Shown here one piece after another: positions 52,155-61,980 of a DNA stretch of 64,000 nucleotides (its first letter is position 1; every line of letters begins with the position of its first letter). Under the pieces are notes generated by a model, which worked only from the letters and a program-made list of their open reading frames with translations, was not told the origin of the DNA and did no database searches. Origin of the DNA: Bacteroidota bacterium (GTDB lineage Bacteria > Bacteroidota > Bacteroidia > Bacteroidales > FEN-979); contig JAPLDJ010000024.1 in assembly GCA_026391805.1 (NCBI GenBank), positions 15,020 through 79,019 of the forward strand. Direction: 5' to 3'. The position numbers were made by a program, and so were the translations under genes.

Positions 52155-53828
52155 ATGAAAAAGTGTATCCGGCACTTATCTGGATTGATGATGATCCTGT
52201 CAATCCTGGTATTTGCATTTCAGCTAAGGGCTCAAACCACCCTGCTGACCGAGGGCTGGAATACAGCATCGGGCACAACTCCGCCGGCTGGCTGGGCGAT
52301 CGGCCAGCTTGGCTATGGAAGCTGGACATCATTTGTCACTTCCGGCAGCTTCCCTGTTTGTACTCCATACGAAGGGTCGGGGATGGTAAACTTTGATTCC
52401 TGGAACGCTGCAGCAGGCTATGAGAACAGGTTGTATATGATGACGTCTGTCTCGACAATTGGTTTTACCAATATAAAGGTTGACTTTGCTTTGCTGAAAC
52501 AGACTGTCTACAGTGGTGACGGCGTATACGTTGAATGGTCCGTCAATGGTACGACATGGACAACGGCAGGTGCCCTGTTCAATACCAACGGAACCGTTCA
52601 GCAGTGGCAGGTGCAAACCCAGGCGCTGCCGGTCGGCGCGGCCAACCAGGCAACCCTCTACGTCGCCCTCCGTTTTCATTCCAACTGGGGATACGATGTT
52701 TATACCGATCTTTTGCATATTACAGGATTGCAGACCGGCAATCTTACAGGTACGGTCAGGAACTGTTTCAACAATGGAACATTGGCCGGTGTTACAGTGT
52801 CCTGCGGTGGCCTGAATGCAACGACAAATCCCAGTGGTATTTACACTTTGAACGGCATAACCGCCGGGCCACAGATCATTACAGCCAGTCTGGCAGGATT
52901 CCTGCCCCATTCTGAACCGGTAATGGTAATCGCAAATACAACCACAACCCATAACCTCTGCCTCGACCCGATCCCGGGTTACATTGCAGGTGTTGTGACC
53001 AGCTGTGAAACAGGCAGTCCTATAATTGGTGCACGTGTCAGTTTTTCAACTTTCTTTACTTATACAACGGGTGCCAACCCTGCAGCAGGCACCCCGGCGG
53101 GTTATTACAAGATCACAGTGTATCCGGGAATGACCAGTACATTGCAATGTACAAAACCCGGGTTCACAGTCTATTCATCACCTCCCATCACAGCTTCTCC
53201 GCCGGTAACGGTAACATTTAATTTCTGTATGCATGAAAATGTACCGGCTCCGGGTGGCCCGTTTTCGGCAACAGTAAACGCAAATCAGACTTCAGTTACC
53301 CTCAATTGGGGCCTCCCTGTTGATGATATGGTACTGCTGTTTGACGACGGTATCCAGGATAACTTTGCAATTTGGGCAACCGGTGGCGGAAACAACCTGA
53401 ACGCCGTACGGTTCACACCGATCAGCTATCCTTGCATCATCAAGGGTTTCTATGTGAACATCGGTCAATCAACCAACTACACGGCCAGCCAGAACGCATT
53501 CACCCTTACACAAATGGCCATCTTCAGTGATATAGGCGGATTGCCTGGTGTACAGCTTTCGGCTCCTACAACGGTAACACCGGCTATTTACGGATGGACT
53601 AAGGCCAACTTTGATGCTCCTGTAACGATCAGCAACGGAAATTTCTTCATCGCGATGATCCAGCTGGGAAACTCAGCAGCATCACCGGGAATTGCCATTG
53701 ATACGACGGTACAGCAGCTGAGGAGCTTCTCGAAGTTCGGTTCCACGCCGTGGATCCCGGGCCCGGGAAACTACATGATCCGCGCCATTGTGAACGGGTC
53801 GGGCGGTCCGCTGATGCTTGGGAAGTAA
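52155..53828 (+). CDS. truncated paralog B' of the T9SS cargo gene (N-terminal 557 aa only, no sorting domain)
   Basis: About 65-70% identical by eye to residues 1-560 of the gene at 55993. Signal peptide present. It stops at ...GSGGPLMLGK. Nucleotide similarity to paralog B continues past the stop, to about 53905. Confidence 0.6.
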   Translation: MKKCIRHLSGLMMILSILVFAFQLRAQTTLLTEGWNTASGTTPPAGWAIGQLGYGSWTSFVTSGSFPVCTPYEGSGMVNFDSWNAAAGYENRLYMMTSVSTIGFTNIKVDFALLKQTVYSGDGVYVEWSVNGTTWTTAGALFNTNGTVQQWQVQTQALPVGAANQATLYVALRFHSNWGYDVYTDLLHITGLQTGNLTGTVRNCFNNGTLAGVTVSCGGLNATTNPSGIYTLNGITAGPQIITASLAGFLPHSEPVMVIANTTTTHNLCLDPIPGYIAGVVTSCETGSPIIGARVSFSTFFTYTTGANPAAGTPAGYYKITVYPGMTSTLQCTKPGFTVYSSPPITASPPVTVTFNFCMHENVPAPGGPFSATVNANQTSVTLNWGLPVDDMVLLFDDGIQDNFAIWATGGGNNLNAVRFTPISYPCIIKGFYVNIGQSTNYTASQNAFTLTQMAIFSDIGGLPGVQLSAPTTVTPAIYGWTKANFDAPVTISNGNFFIAMIQLGNSAASPGIAIDTTVQQLRSFSKFGSTPWIPGPGNYMIRAIVNGSGGPLMLGK

Positions 53829-53928
53829 GACAGGGCCAGAGATCACAGTCTCAGCTGCGTCTGTATTCACACGACGACCGGTCTCAGTACTACGAAGATC
53901 ACTATAATGTATTGATGATTGGAGGGAA

Positions 53929-55521
53929 TTACAACTGAAGCAGGAACCCGATCAGCTGGTCATCCGATTCCATGTTCAGCTTCTTCCGGAGCCTGTAACG
54001 TGCAACATTCACCGAATTGTGCTGCTGCAGCGTGATCTTGGCGATGTCCTTGCTGCTCAGGTTCATACTGATCATCGCAGCCAGTTTCATTTCATTTGAG
54101 GTCAGCCCCGGGCATTTGTCATTCAGGTTTTTGAAGAAATTGGGATGTACATCCACAAATTTTGCCTTGAAGCTGTCCCAGGTATCCTTGGTGGTCAGTT
54201 TTTCGATGGCCTCGATGGTCTGGTAAATTTCTCCGTTCAGTGAAGATGTTTTTGGCGACCGCGAAGCAATGTCCCTGAAATTGGCAGAGATCTCGGCAAG
54301 TTTTTCATTCGTCTTGATCATGTAAGTGGTCGCCATCAGGAGGTCATGATTTTTCCGCTCCAGTTCGGCCGTCACCTGCGAAACTTCATTCCCTGCAGCC
54401 TCCAGCGCCTGTTTATGCGTACTGATCAATTCATCTTTATGGGTTTTATGCTGGTCAATGGAAGTGACCAGTTTTCCTTTGATCTGCTTCTCATGCCGGA
54501 TGATCTCGTTCTTGAACCGGAGGTTTTTACGCTGCTGGCGGACAAGGAGGCTCAGCAATACAATCAGCAGCAGCGCAAAAACAGCGGCGGAGATGTAAAA
54601 TTTCTGTGCCAGCCGGAAATTGCGGTTCTGCTGCCGGATCAGCTCCGTCCCGGTTTGCTGGCTTACGGCATTGTAACTTTCGGTCAGCCTCAGCATGGCA
54701 TTCCTGTTTTTCAGCGATTGCATGCTGTCATTCAGTTTGTAATAGGCCTCCAGGTTTTGAAAAGCCTGGTCCTGCTTGTTGAGCAGTTTATAGCTCTTGT
54801 AAAGGATCTGGTGAAAACGCATCAACAAGACGGGATCATCGGTTTTTGCAGCGATTGCCAGGCCCTGTTGCGCAAATTCAATGGATTTCTTGCAATCCTG
54901 GGTTTCAAGATAGAGTTCACTTTTCCCGGTTAGGATCACAAGGATGATGTCGTGACGGTTGTTCTTTGTGGCGAGCGTCATGGCTGAATCATAATACATC
55001 TGGGCGAGCTGGGCCTTCGGTTCGGAACGAAACAGTTCGCCGGCAAAATAATATGCATTCATCAGGTTCCCGGAATTGTTTTTTGTAATCCTGAAATACC
55101 GTATCGCGGAGGAAAGGCTGAGCCAGGCGGAATCATACTTCTTCATTTCCCGTAACACCCTGCTGATGGAAAAGGCCTGCTCATACATGGCATCCGGCAG
55201 GTCCATGCGCAGGTAGGTTTCCTGCGATTTCCGGTAGTAATCGAGGGCTTTTGAATACTCCTTCAGGGTGAAATGGATGTTACCAATGCTGTTCAGATCT
55301 TCTGCCTTTGCTGCAAGATCGTTCAGCTTTTCATCCTCCATCAGCGCCTTAAAATACTGGGCCAGGGATTTTTTGTAGGGATTGTTGTCGGCCTTGCCCG
55401 CTTCCGGCCAGCTCCTGGCCAGCAAAGGAAGGAGAAAACAAGCTGCCAGCAAAAAAATCTTGAGGCCGGCAGCTTGTTTTGAAAATGATTTCAACAGGTT
55501 GAGAGATGGCAGGTATACCAT
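53929..55521 (-). CDS. transmembrane one-component regulator: periplasmic TPR-like sensor + TM + coiled coil + LuxR/GerE-type HTH
   Basis: Signal or anchor segment LKIFLLAACFLLPLLA, TPR-like helices, central TM YISAAVFALLLIVLLSLLV, and a C-terminal LTSNEMKLAAMISMNLSSKDIAKITLQQHNSVNVARYRLRKKL HTH. The track start at 55536 is TTG. ATG 55521 sits 20 nt after a TATTTTTG box. Confidence 0.75.
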   Translation of the reverse strand: MVYLPSLNLLKSFSKQAAGLKIFLLAACFLLPLLARSWPEAGKADNNPYKKSLAQYFKALMEDEKLNDLAAKAEDLNSIGNIHFTLKEYSKALDYYRKSQETYLRMDLPDAMYEQAFSISRVLREMKKYDSAWLSLSSAIRYFRITKNNSGNLMNAYYFAGELFRSEPKAQLAQMYYDSAMTLATKNNRHDIILVILTGKSELYLETQDCKKSIEFAQQGLAIAAKTDDPVLLMRFHQILYKSYKLLNKQDQAFQNLEAYYKLNDSMQSLKNRNAMLRLTESYNAVSQQTGTELIRQQNRNFRLAQKFYISAAVFALLLIVLLSLLVRQQRKNLRFKNEIIRHEKQIKGKLVTSIDQHKTHKDELISTHKQALEAAGNEVSQVTAELERKNHDLLMATTYMIKTNEKLAEISANFRDIASRSPKTSSLNGEIYQTIEAIEKLTTKDTWDSFKAKFVDVHPNFFKNLNDKCPGLTSNEMKLAAMISMNLSSKDIAKITLQQHNSVNVARYRLRKKLNMESDDQLIGFLLQL

Positions 55522-55541
55522 AAAATAGTACGTCAATCCGG

Positions 55542-55549
55542 CAAAAATA
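55542..55549 (-). promoter_or_regulatory. candidate -7 box (TATTTTTG) for the LuxR-type regulator
   Basis: The plus strand reads CAAAAATA 20 nt upstream of ATG 55521. Confidence 0.4.
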
Positions 55550-55878
55550 TTTACTCCGGCCGGTTATATTTGAATTAATAGATAATCTGTGGATTTAAAC
55601 CGATAAAGAGGCATATCCTCACGACAAATGAAAACTGAGAACAAAGGGTTTTATTATATGGAAGGATAAATAATATCAATAATGTCAGAATATCTTGCCG
55701 GATAATGGAAAATTTTTATGGGAATTTTCTGATAAAATCGTTAAAGCAGTTGAAAACCAGTAAATAGAAGCCTGATTTCAGCTTTATGGCGCTTTTTCTG
55801 TATATCAGATGTAATGATTTAAATTCATACGTACAGCGTTTGTAATTCAAATTAATTTTTTTCTGTTAAATAGGGGAA

Positions 55879-55886
55879 TACTTTTG
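55879..55886 (+). promoter_or_regulatory. candidate -7 box (TACTTTTG) for T9SS cargo paralog B
   Basis: Exact match 106 nt upstream of ATG 55993. Confidence 0.35.
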
Positions 55887-55992
55887 TGTGGATAAAATTT
55901 TTACCGAAGAAACACACCATTATATACTCAATTAATCATGTTAATTGATCCTTTATATTTTTTCTATCTATTCATTTAAACCAATAAACCTT

Positions 55993-58900
55993 ATGAGAAA
56001 CGTTACAAAGTATTTATCAATGTTGATGGTTATCCTGTCGATATTGGTATTTGCATCTCAGACCAAGGCTCAAACCACTTTGATGACTCAAAACTGGAAT
56101 ACCGCCTCGGGAACAACTCCGCCTGCTGGCTGGGCAATCGACCAGCTGGGTTATGGAAGCTGGACATCGTTCATTACTTCCGGGGGCTACCCGACCTGTA
56201 CTCCTTATGAAGGGTCAACCATGGTAGGGTTCAACTCTTGGAATGCTTCAACTGGTTACCAGAACAGGCTGTACATGACCACGCCTATCAACACATTAGG
56301 CTACACCAACATCACGGTCGATTTTGCAGAGTTTATGCAGACCGTGTTCACTCCGGGAGACGGTCCTTACGTGGAATGGTCAACCAATGGTACGGTCTGG
56401 ACCGTGGCTGGCGGCTTAGTGTATAACTACGCTGCTGTTCAGGGATGGCAGATCAAATCACAGGTATTGCCCGCAGGCGCAGCCTCGGCCACCCTGTACA
56501 TTGCCTTGCGCTTTTACTCCAACTATGGGTATGACGTTTACACCGACCTGTACCACATTACCGGACTTCAAACCGGTAACCTCACGGGAACCGTCAGGAA
56601 CTGTTACAACAACGCCCTTATCGTTGGCGCACAGGTGACCTGCGGCGGTATAACAGGGGTGACCAATGCTGCCGGTGTTTACACACTGAATGCCATCAAT
56701 ACCGGTTCACAGATCATTACCGCAACCATGGCAGGATTCCTGCAGTACAATGCTCCTGTTACGGTCATCGGCAACACCACCACAACGGTTAACTTCTGCA
56801 TGAACCCGATCCCGGGCATTCTGTCCGGTGTTGTGACCAATGCAGCAACTGGTAACCCGGTTATCGGGGCTTATGTCACCTTCGGTGGAGCTGGCACCTA
56901 TTCTACAGGTGCGAACATCCCGGCAGGTACACCGGCCGGGTATTATAAGCTCAGTGTCTATCCCGGCGCAACCGGCACGGTGCAGTGCACCAAACCAGGA
57001 TGGGCGAACTTTTCACAGGCCGGTATTACGGTAACCCCTCCGGCAACCACCCCCCAGAACATCGCTCTGAACGAAAATGCTGCTCCTGCTTCAACACCGT
57101 TTACGGCTGTATTGAATGCAGGCCAGACTTCGGTAGCACTGAACTGGGGCATGCCAAAAGACGACATGGTACTTTTATATGACGACGGCATCCAGGATAA
57201 CTTTGTGATCTGGGCTACCGGTGGCGGAAGTAACATGAACGCCATGAGGTTCACCCCGATCAGCTATCCTTGCGTTGTCAAGGGGTTCTATGTGAACATC
57301 GGCCAGGCCACCAACTACACGGCCGGCCAGAATGCGTTCAGTCCCGTTCAGATGGCCATCTACAGTGAAGTAGGCGGATTACCCGGTGCACAGCTTTCAG
57401 CTCCCACCACGGTAACTCCTGCAGCTTACGGATGGACCAAGGCCAACTTTGATGCTGCTGTAACGATCCCGAGCGGTAATTTCTTTATTGTCATGATCCA
57501 GCTTGGAAGCTCTGTAGCATCCCCCGGACTTGGTGTCGACACCACAGTTCAGCAGCTGAGAAGTTACTCGAAGGTCGGTTCCACTCCATGGATCCCGGGC
57601 CCGGGCAACTACATGCTCCGCGCCGTTGTGAACGGATCGGGCGGCCCGCTGATGCTGGGTGGCACCACAGGAGGGGAGATCACGGCCTCTGCCGTTCCCG
57701 GGTTGACCTACCAGTATTCGGACCGGGGTCTTTGCTTGGCTACCAGGTATGGATTTTGAACCAGACACAGCAGGGAACACCTGCCAGCTGGACTTCGGTA
57801 ACCTTCACCACGGCAACCAATGCAGCATACAACGGATGGGCAAGTCTCACCCCGTGCGGCGGCTACCAGTTTGCAGTCGAAGCACAGTACACGTTCAACC
57901 GCTGGTCAATTCCGATCTTCTCGAACGCCCTTGGCAAATGCTGGACCTGCTCTGTGACGGTCAACGCCAAACTGAGCTGTGATACAGCAAGCAAGGCCGG
58001 ATCGACCATCAAGTTTGAGAACCAGGATCCTTATGTAACGGATACCGTTTATACATGGACAACCGATGCCACCGGCTCACATACCTTCACCAATTTCTGG
58101 AAAGGCAATTACAAGCTGACCATCACCCATTACGGATACACCCCATGGGTACAGACGCCGATCGCCATTATGGGCGACATGACGCTGGACATTACCCTGC
58201 TCCAGATCAAGGCACCGCCGACGGGACTTTATGTTTATGATACCGATGCATTTGCAACCTGGTATCCGCCCGTATTGTCGACCACGATCTTCAACGATGG
58301 GTTCACCACCGGTTTTGGTACAAACGGATGGGTACCTGATGCAGGAAGCCATTGGGCTATTTCTGCAGGCAACGGTAACCCGGGCCAGTGCGCCGAGTGG
58401 AACTATGCACCTGTGGTAACCGCTTACAGCCAGTCGCTGACGAGCAAGACCCTTTACGGGGTTAACTCTCCGATCATGAAGCTGCAGTATGACATCCACC
58501 TGGACAACTACGGTACAACCACGCTGAACCAGATGGCCGTTGAAGTATGGGACGGCGCTACATGGCACTCTGTTGGAAACTATGACAACAGTTCCGGCGC
58601 CAACATCCCATGGACAACAGTAACCACAAACATCACCCCGTATGCTCCGGCAACCGGTTTCAAGGTACGCTTCAGGGCTTACGGCGATAACAGCAATGAT
58701 ATCGACTGGTGGGATGTTGACAATGTCAAGCTCCTTGCCCAGACAAATCCTCACGATCCGTGTATCATCGGTTACAACTTCTACCTGAACAACATCCTTG
58801 ACGGATTTACCAAGGATACGTTCTACAACATCCCGAAGACACACTTTAAGTACAACACCTATTATTGTGCAGACGTACTTGCAATTTACGGAAGCGGTTA

Positions 58901-61718
58901 TTCAACCACCTCGCACTATTGCTGTACCTCTCACTTCCTCTATCCGCCGACCAACGTTCAGGCTTTGGCTATAGAAGATGCTGTATACATCAGCTGGAAC
59001 AAGCCGGTGGTCACCGATGCTGCTATGAACAGCTCGGTAAGAATGCCTGCTACAGGAACCGGACCTGCTGAAGATCGCGTTGCAGCAACAGACAAGCCTG
59101 CTAAAACGTCCTTTGTTCCCGGAACAGGTACAGTTACACCTGACGCACCGGCCGCTTTGGTTTATACCAACGGTACATGTATCAACAGCCCGGGAACGGG
59201 TGCAGGCGGCGCTGATGAAAGCGTTCTGCAAACTTCTCTCGGTATGGGTACATATGGTGTTAACGCAAGCCAGAGCCTCGGCTACACCGTGGCAGACGAC
59301 TTTGTCGTTCCTGCTGGCGGCGGCTGGGATGTTAACCAGATGGTATTCTATACCTACCAGAGCAATGCCCCGACGGGAACCAACCCGATCACCGGTTGTT
59401 ACTTCCGTATTTACAACGGAGCACCGAACGGTAGCGGTACTGTGATCTGGGGTGACCTTACCACCAACAGAATGACCACAGGCGCATGGGGAAATATCTA
59501 TCGTTGCCTTGATGATGGTCTCCACAGTACAGCACGTGCTGTGTTCAAGATCACCTGTAACATCACAAGCCAGCATTTTGCACCCGGTACCTACTGGATC
59601 GAATGGCAGTTTGCAGGTTCAGCATCCTATTCAGGACCGTGGGCACCTGCGGTTGCTATCTGGGGTAATACCACAACGGGTAATTCTCTGCAGTGGCAAG
59701 TTACTTTATGGGCAGCTATCACGGATGTTGGCCCGCAGGGTCAGCCATTTGATTTATATGGCGGCAGCGGCGGTGGTGGTACACCGGCCGGGCTCGTCGC
59801 ATACAGGGTGAAACGCAACCACGTTATCATCCACACGGTACCCGATCCGGATTCACTGTACTACTATGACCTTCACCTCAACCCGGGCCGCTACTGCTAT
59901 GACGTAGATGCCAAGTACAACCTTACCTCCTATGGATTACCCGGCCAGTTTGGCTATTCAAGAAATGCACCGAACGGACCCGCATGCGTAGATGTTGCAT
60001 ACGGATACCCGCTGCCGTTCTTCGAACCATGGGATATGGCAACCTTCACATTCCAGAAATGGACATTCATGAACGGGACTGCAACTACTCCCACATCGAC
60101 CAACTGGCTGATGAACACTGCCTTCGGGGATCCGACACCATGTGCCGACTTCTCATGGCAGCCGATGCAGTCGCCGCTCTATAATCTTTCACTGGTCAGC
60201 CCGACGATCAATGCATCGGCATGGACCTGTGCAGATATCTGGGCCGACTTTGACCTCAAGCTGGCTGACCGCAATGCAACCGGGGACGAAATACTCGATT
60301 TCGATGTTTACGTCAACGGAAACTGGATCAACAAGGCTGAATTCAAGAACGAAGGTTCCTTCGACTGGACGCTGAAGCACATCGACATCAGCACTGTAAA
60401 GGGCAAGGCATTCAAGGTTCGTTTCCGTGCAAACGGAGTGAACTCAGCCGACATCCTGCACTGGTATGTTGATAACATCCATCTCTATGGGTTATGCAAG
60501 GCACCGACCACACTGGCTGGACATCAGAACCAGTTCACCACCACGCTTACCTGGGTTGCCCCGGTTTGCGGACATGGCGGACCTCCTCCTCAGTGGATCT
60601 TCTGGGATCAGCAGACCAACTTCACGAGCATCGGTTACAATGCTGCATATGACTTCCAGATTGCAGCACGCTGGAATCCTGCTCAGCTTGCACCGCTGGA
60701 TGGTGGCGCAGTGACGAAGGTTAAGTTCTGGCCGGCCAGCGCAGGCGCTGCAACATGGCGGGTACGTATCTGGGAAGGCGCAACCGGTACAAGCATGGTT
60801 GTTGACCAGGCCGTTACGGCTCCCATTGTGAACGACCAGTTTAACGAAGTTACACTGTTAGTTCCTCACCCGATTGACATTTCACAGGATATGTATGTTG
60901 GTATGGACGTGAACGCTTCCGGCGGCTGGCCCGCAGGTTGCGATGCAGGTCCTGCCATCGTAGGATTCGGTGACCTGTTCAACGACGGAACCGGCTGGGT
61001 TAATATGAGCCAGCCGCCCAACAGTTTGAACTACAACTGGAACCTTGCTGCTTATATTGAACCGGCAAAGAAGGGAGCACTGACATCGCCAGTTATCCTG
61101 ACTCAGACCCCGGTAAACAATCCGAAGGGATTGAACATGAGCACAAGCGGAAGGATCAACACCAATACGACGACCAACGTGAACACCTCAGGCAGCGGCA
61201 GGATCACGCCGAACATGCCAACAGGATCACAGCTGCTGGGATACAATGTATACCGTACCCCGGATAACGCTACGAGCCCGTTCACCATTATAAACTCGCC
61301 CATTGTTGGCGGATTGACCTACCAGGATGTACACCCGAGCAACACTGAACCGACCACAACGTGGAAATATTATGTCACGGCTGTGTTCCAGGATTCACTG
61401 GCACCGGGCCCGATCCTTTGCGAACCTCCTTCAGATACAATCACGATCACCTTCCCGGCCGTTGGTATCAACGACCTGACGAATGGTACACTGAACCTGT
61501 ATCCGAATCCTGCTAACGATGTTGTGAACGTAGTTTCATCAAACAACATCAAGACGATTGAAGTTCTCAACTATGTAGGCCAGACGATCTATACTAACAA
61601 TAACCTGGATCAGAAGACCGTACAGCTGAACGTTATCAACTTCAGGGCAGGTGTGTACTTTGTGAAGGTTACCACCACCATCGGTATCAAGATCACAAAG
61701 ATCACAGTGACGCACTAA
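55993..61718 (+). pseudogene. very large T9SS-sorted surface protein, paralog B, split by a single frameshift (or assembly indel)
   Basis: Frame 1 runs 55993-57759 (signal peptide MRNVTKYLSMLMVILSILVFASQTKAQ...). Frame 3 is open at least from 57588 and runs to 61718. Homology to paralogs switches from frame 1 (..GSGGPLMLG, about 57660) to frame 3 (LLGYQVWILNQ.., 57732). The end is a Por sorting domain (LNLYPNPANDVVNV...GVYFVKVTT...KITVTH). Joined, it would be about 1,900 aa. Confidence 0.65.
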
Positions 61719-61740
61719 TCCTTCATTGGAACTGTAAAAA

Positions 61741-61770
61741 GGTCGGCCGTTTGGCCGGCCTTTTTTTTTG
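61741..61770 (+). terminator. rho-independent terminator of paralog B
   Basis: AGGTCGGCC GTTT GGCCGGCCT (9-bp stem, one G-U) followed by a T-tract through 61770. It is preceded by AAAAA, so it could work in both directions. Confidence 0.8.
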
Positions 61771-61817
61771 GACTACCTTTGCCGGCAATCACCAGGCTTT
61801 CTCAAAACCTAAGTATG

Positions 61818-61924
61818 TTTCACGCAAAGTCCGCAATGAATTGCCGCAAAGACCGCAAAGAAAAGATGAATACGAAATTAAACTCTGCGTCCTTTGCATT
61901 TTTCTTCGTGTTCTTTGCGTGAAA
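61818..61924. repeat. long hairpin element, GCAAAG family (copy 3)
   Basis: TTTCACGCAAAGTCCGCAATGAATTGCCGCAAAGACCGCAAAGAAAAG, loop, then CTCTGCGTCCTTTGCATTTTTCTTCGTGTTCTTTGCGTGAAA. Confidence 0.7.
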
Positions 61925-61980
61925 TTATCTTTTGAGACAGCTTCGTGATTCACTGTTTTCTAAAAATATGAGTCTCTAGA

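Noticed and set aside
55566-55853. Invertible promoter segment, based on an inverted 10-11-bp repeat ATTTGAATTA at 55566-55576 and 55843-55853 upstream of paralog B.
   Set aside because: A short AT-rich repeat in a 450-nt AT-rich spacer is plausible by chance. No promoter box lies inside the segment in either orientation, no recombinase gene is nearby, and the best -7 box (55879) lies outside it.
57661-57731. Programmed -1 ribosomal frameshift joining the two halves of paralog B.
   Set aside because: There is no X XXY YYZ slippery heptamer and no obvious downstream pseudoknot or hairpin. An indel in a G or C run is the simpler explanation.
47994-61718. Diversity-generating retroelement acting on the paralogous surface proteins.
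   Set aside because: There is no reverse transcriptase ORF, no template/variable repeat pair with adenine-specific differences, and the paralog divergence is spread over the whole length.
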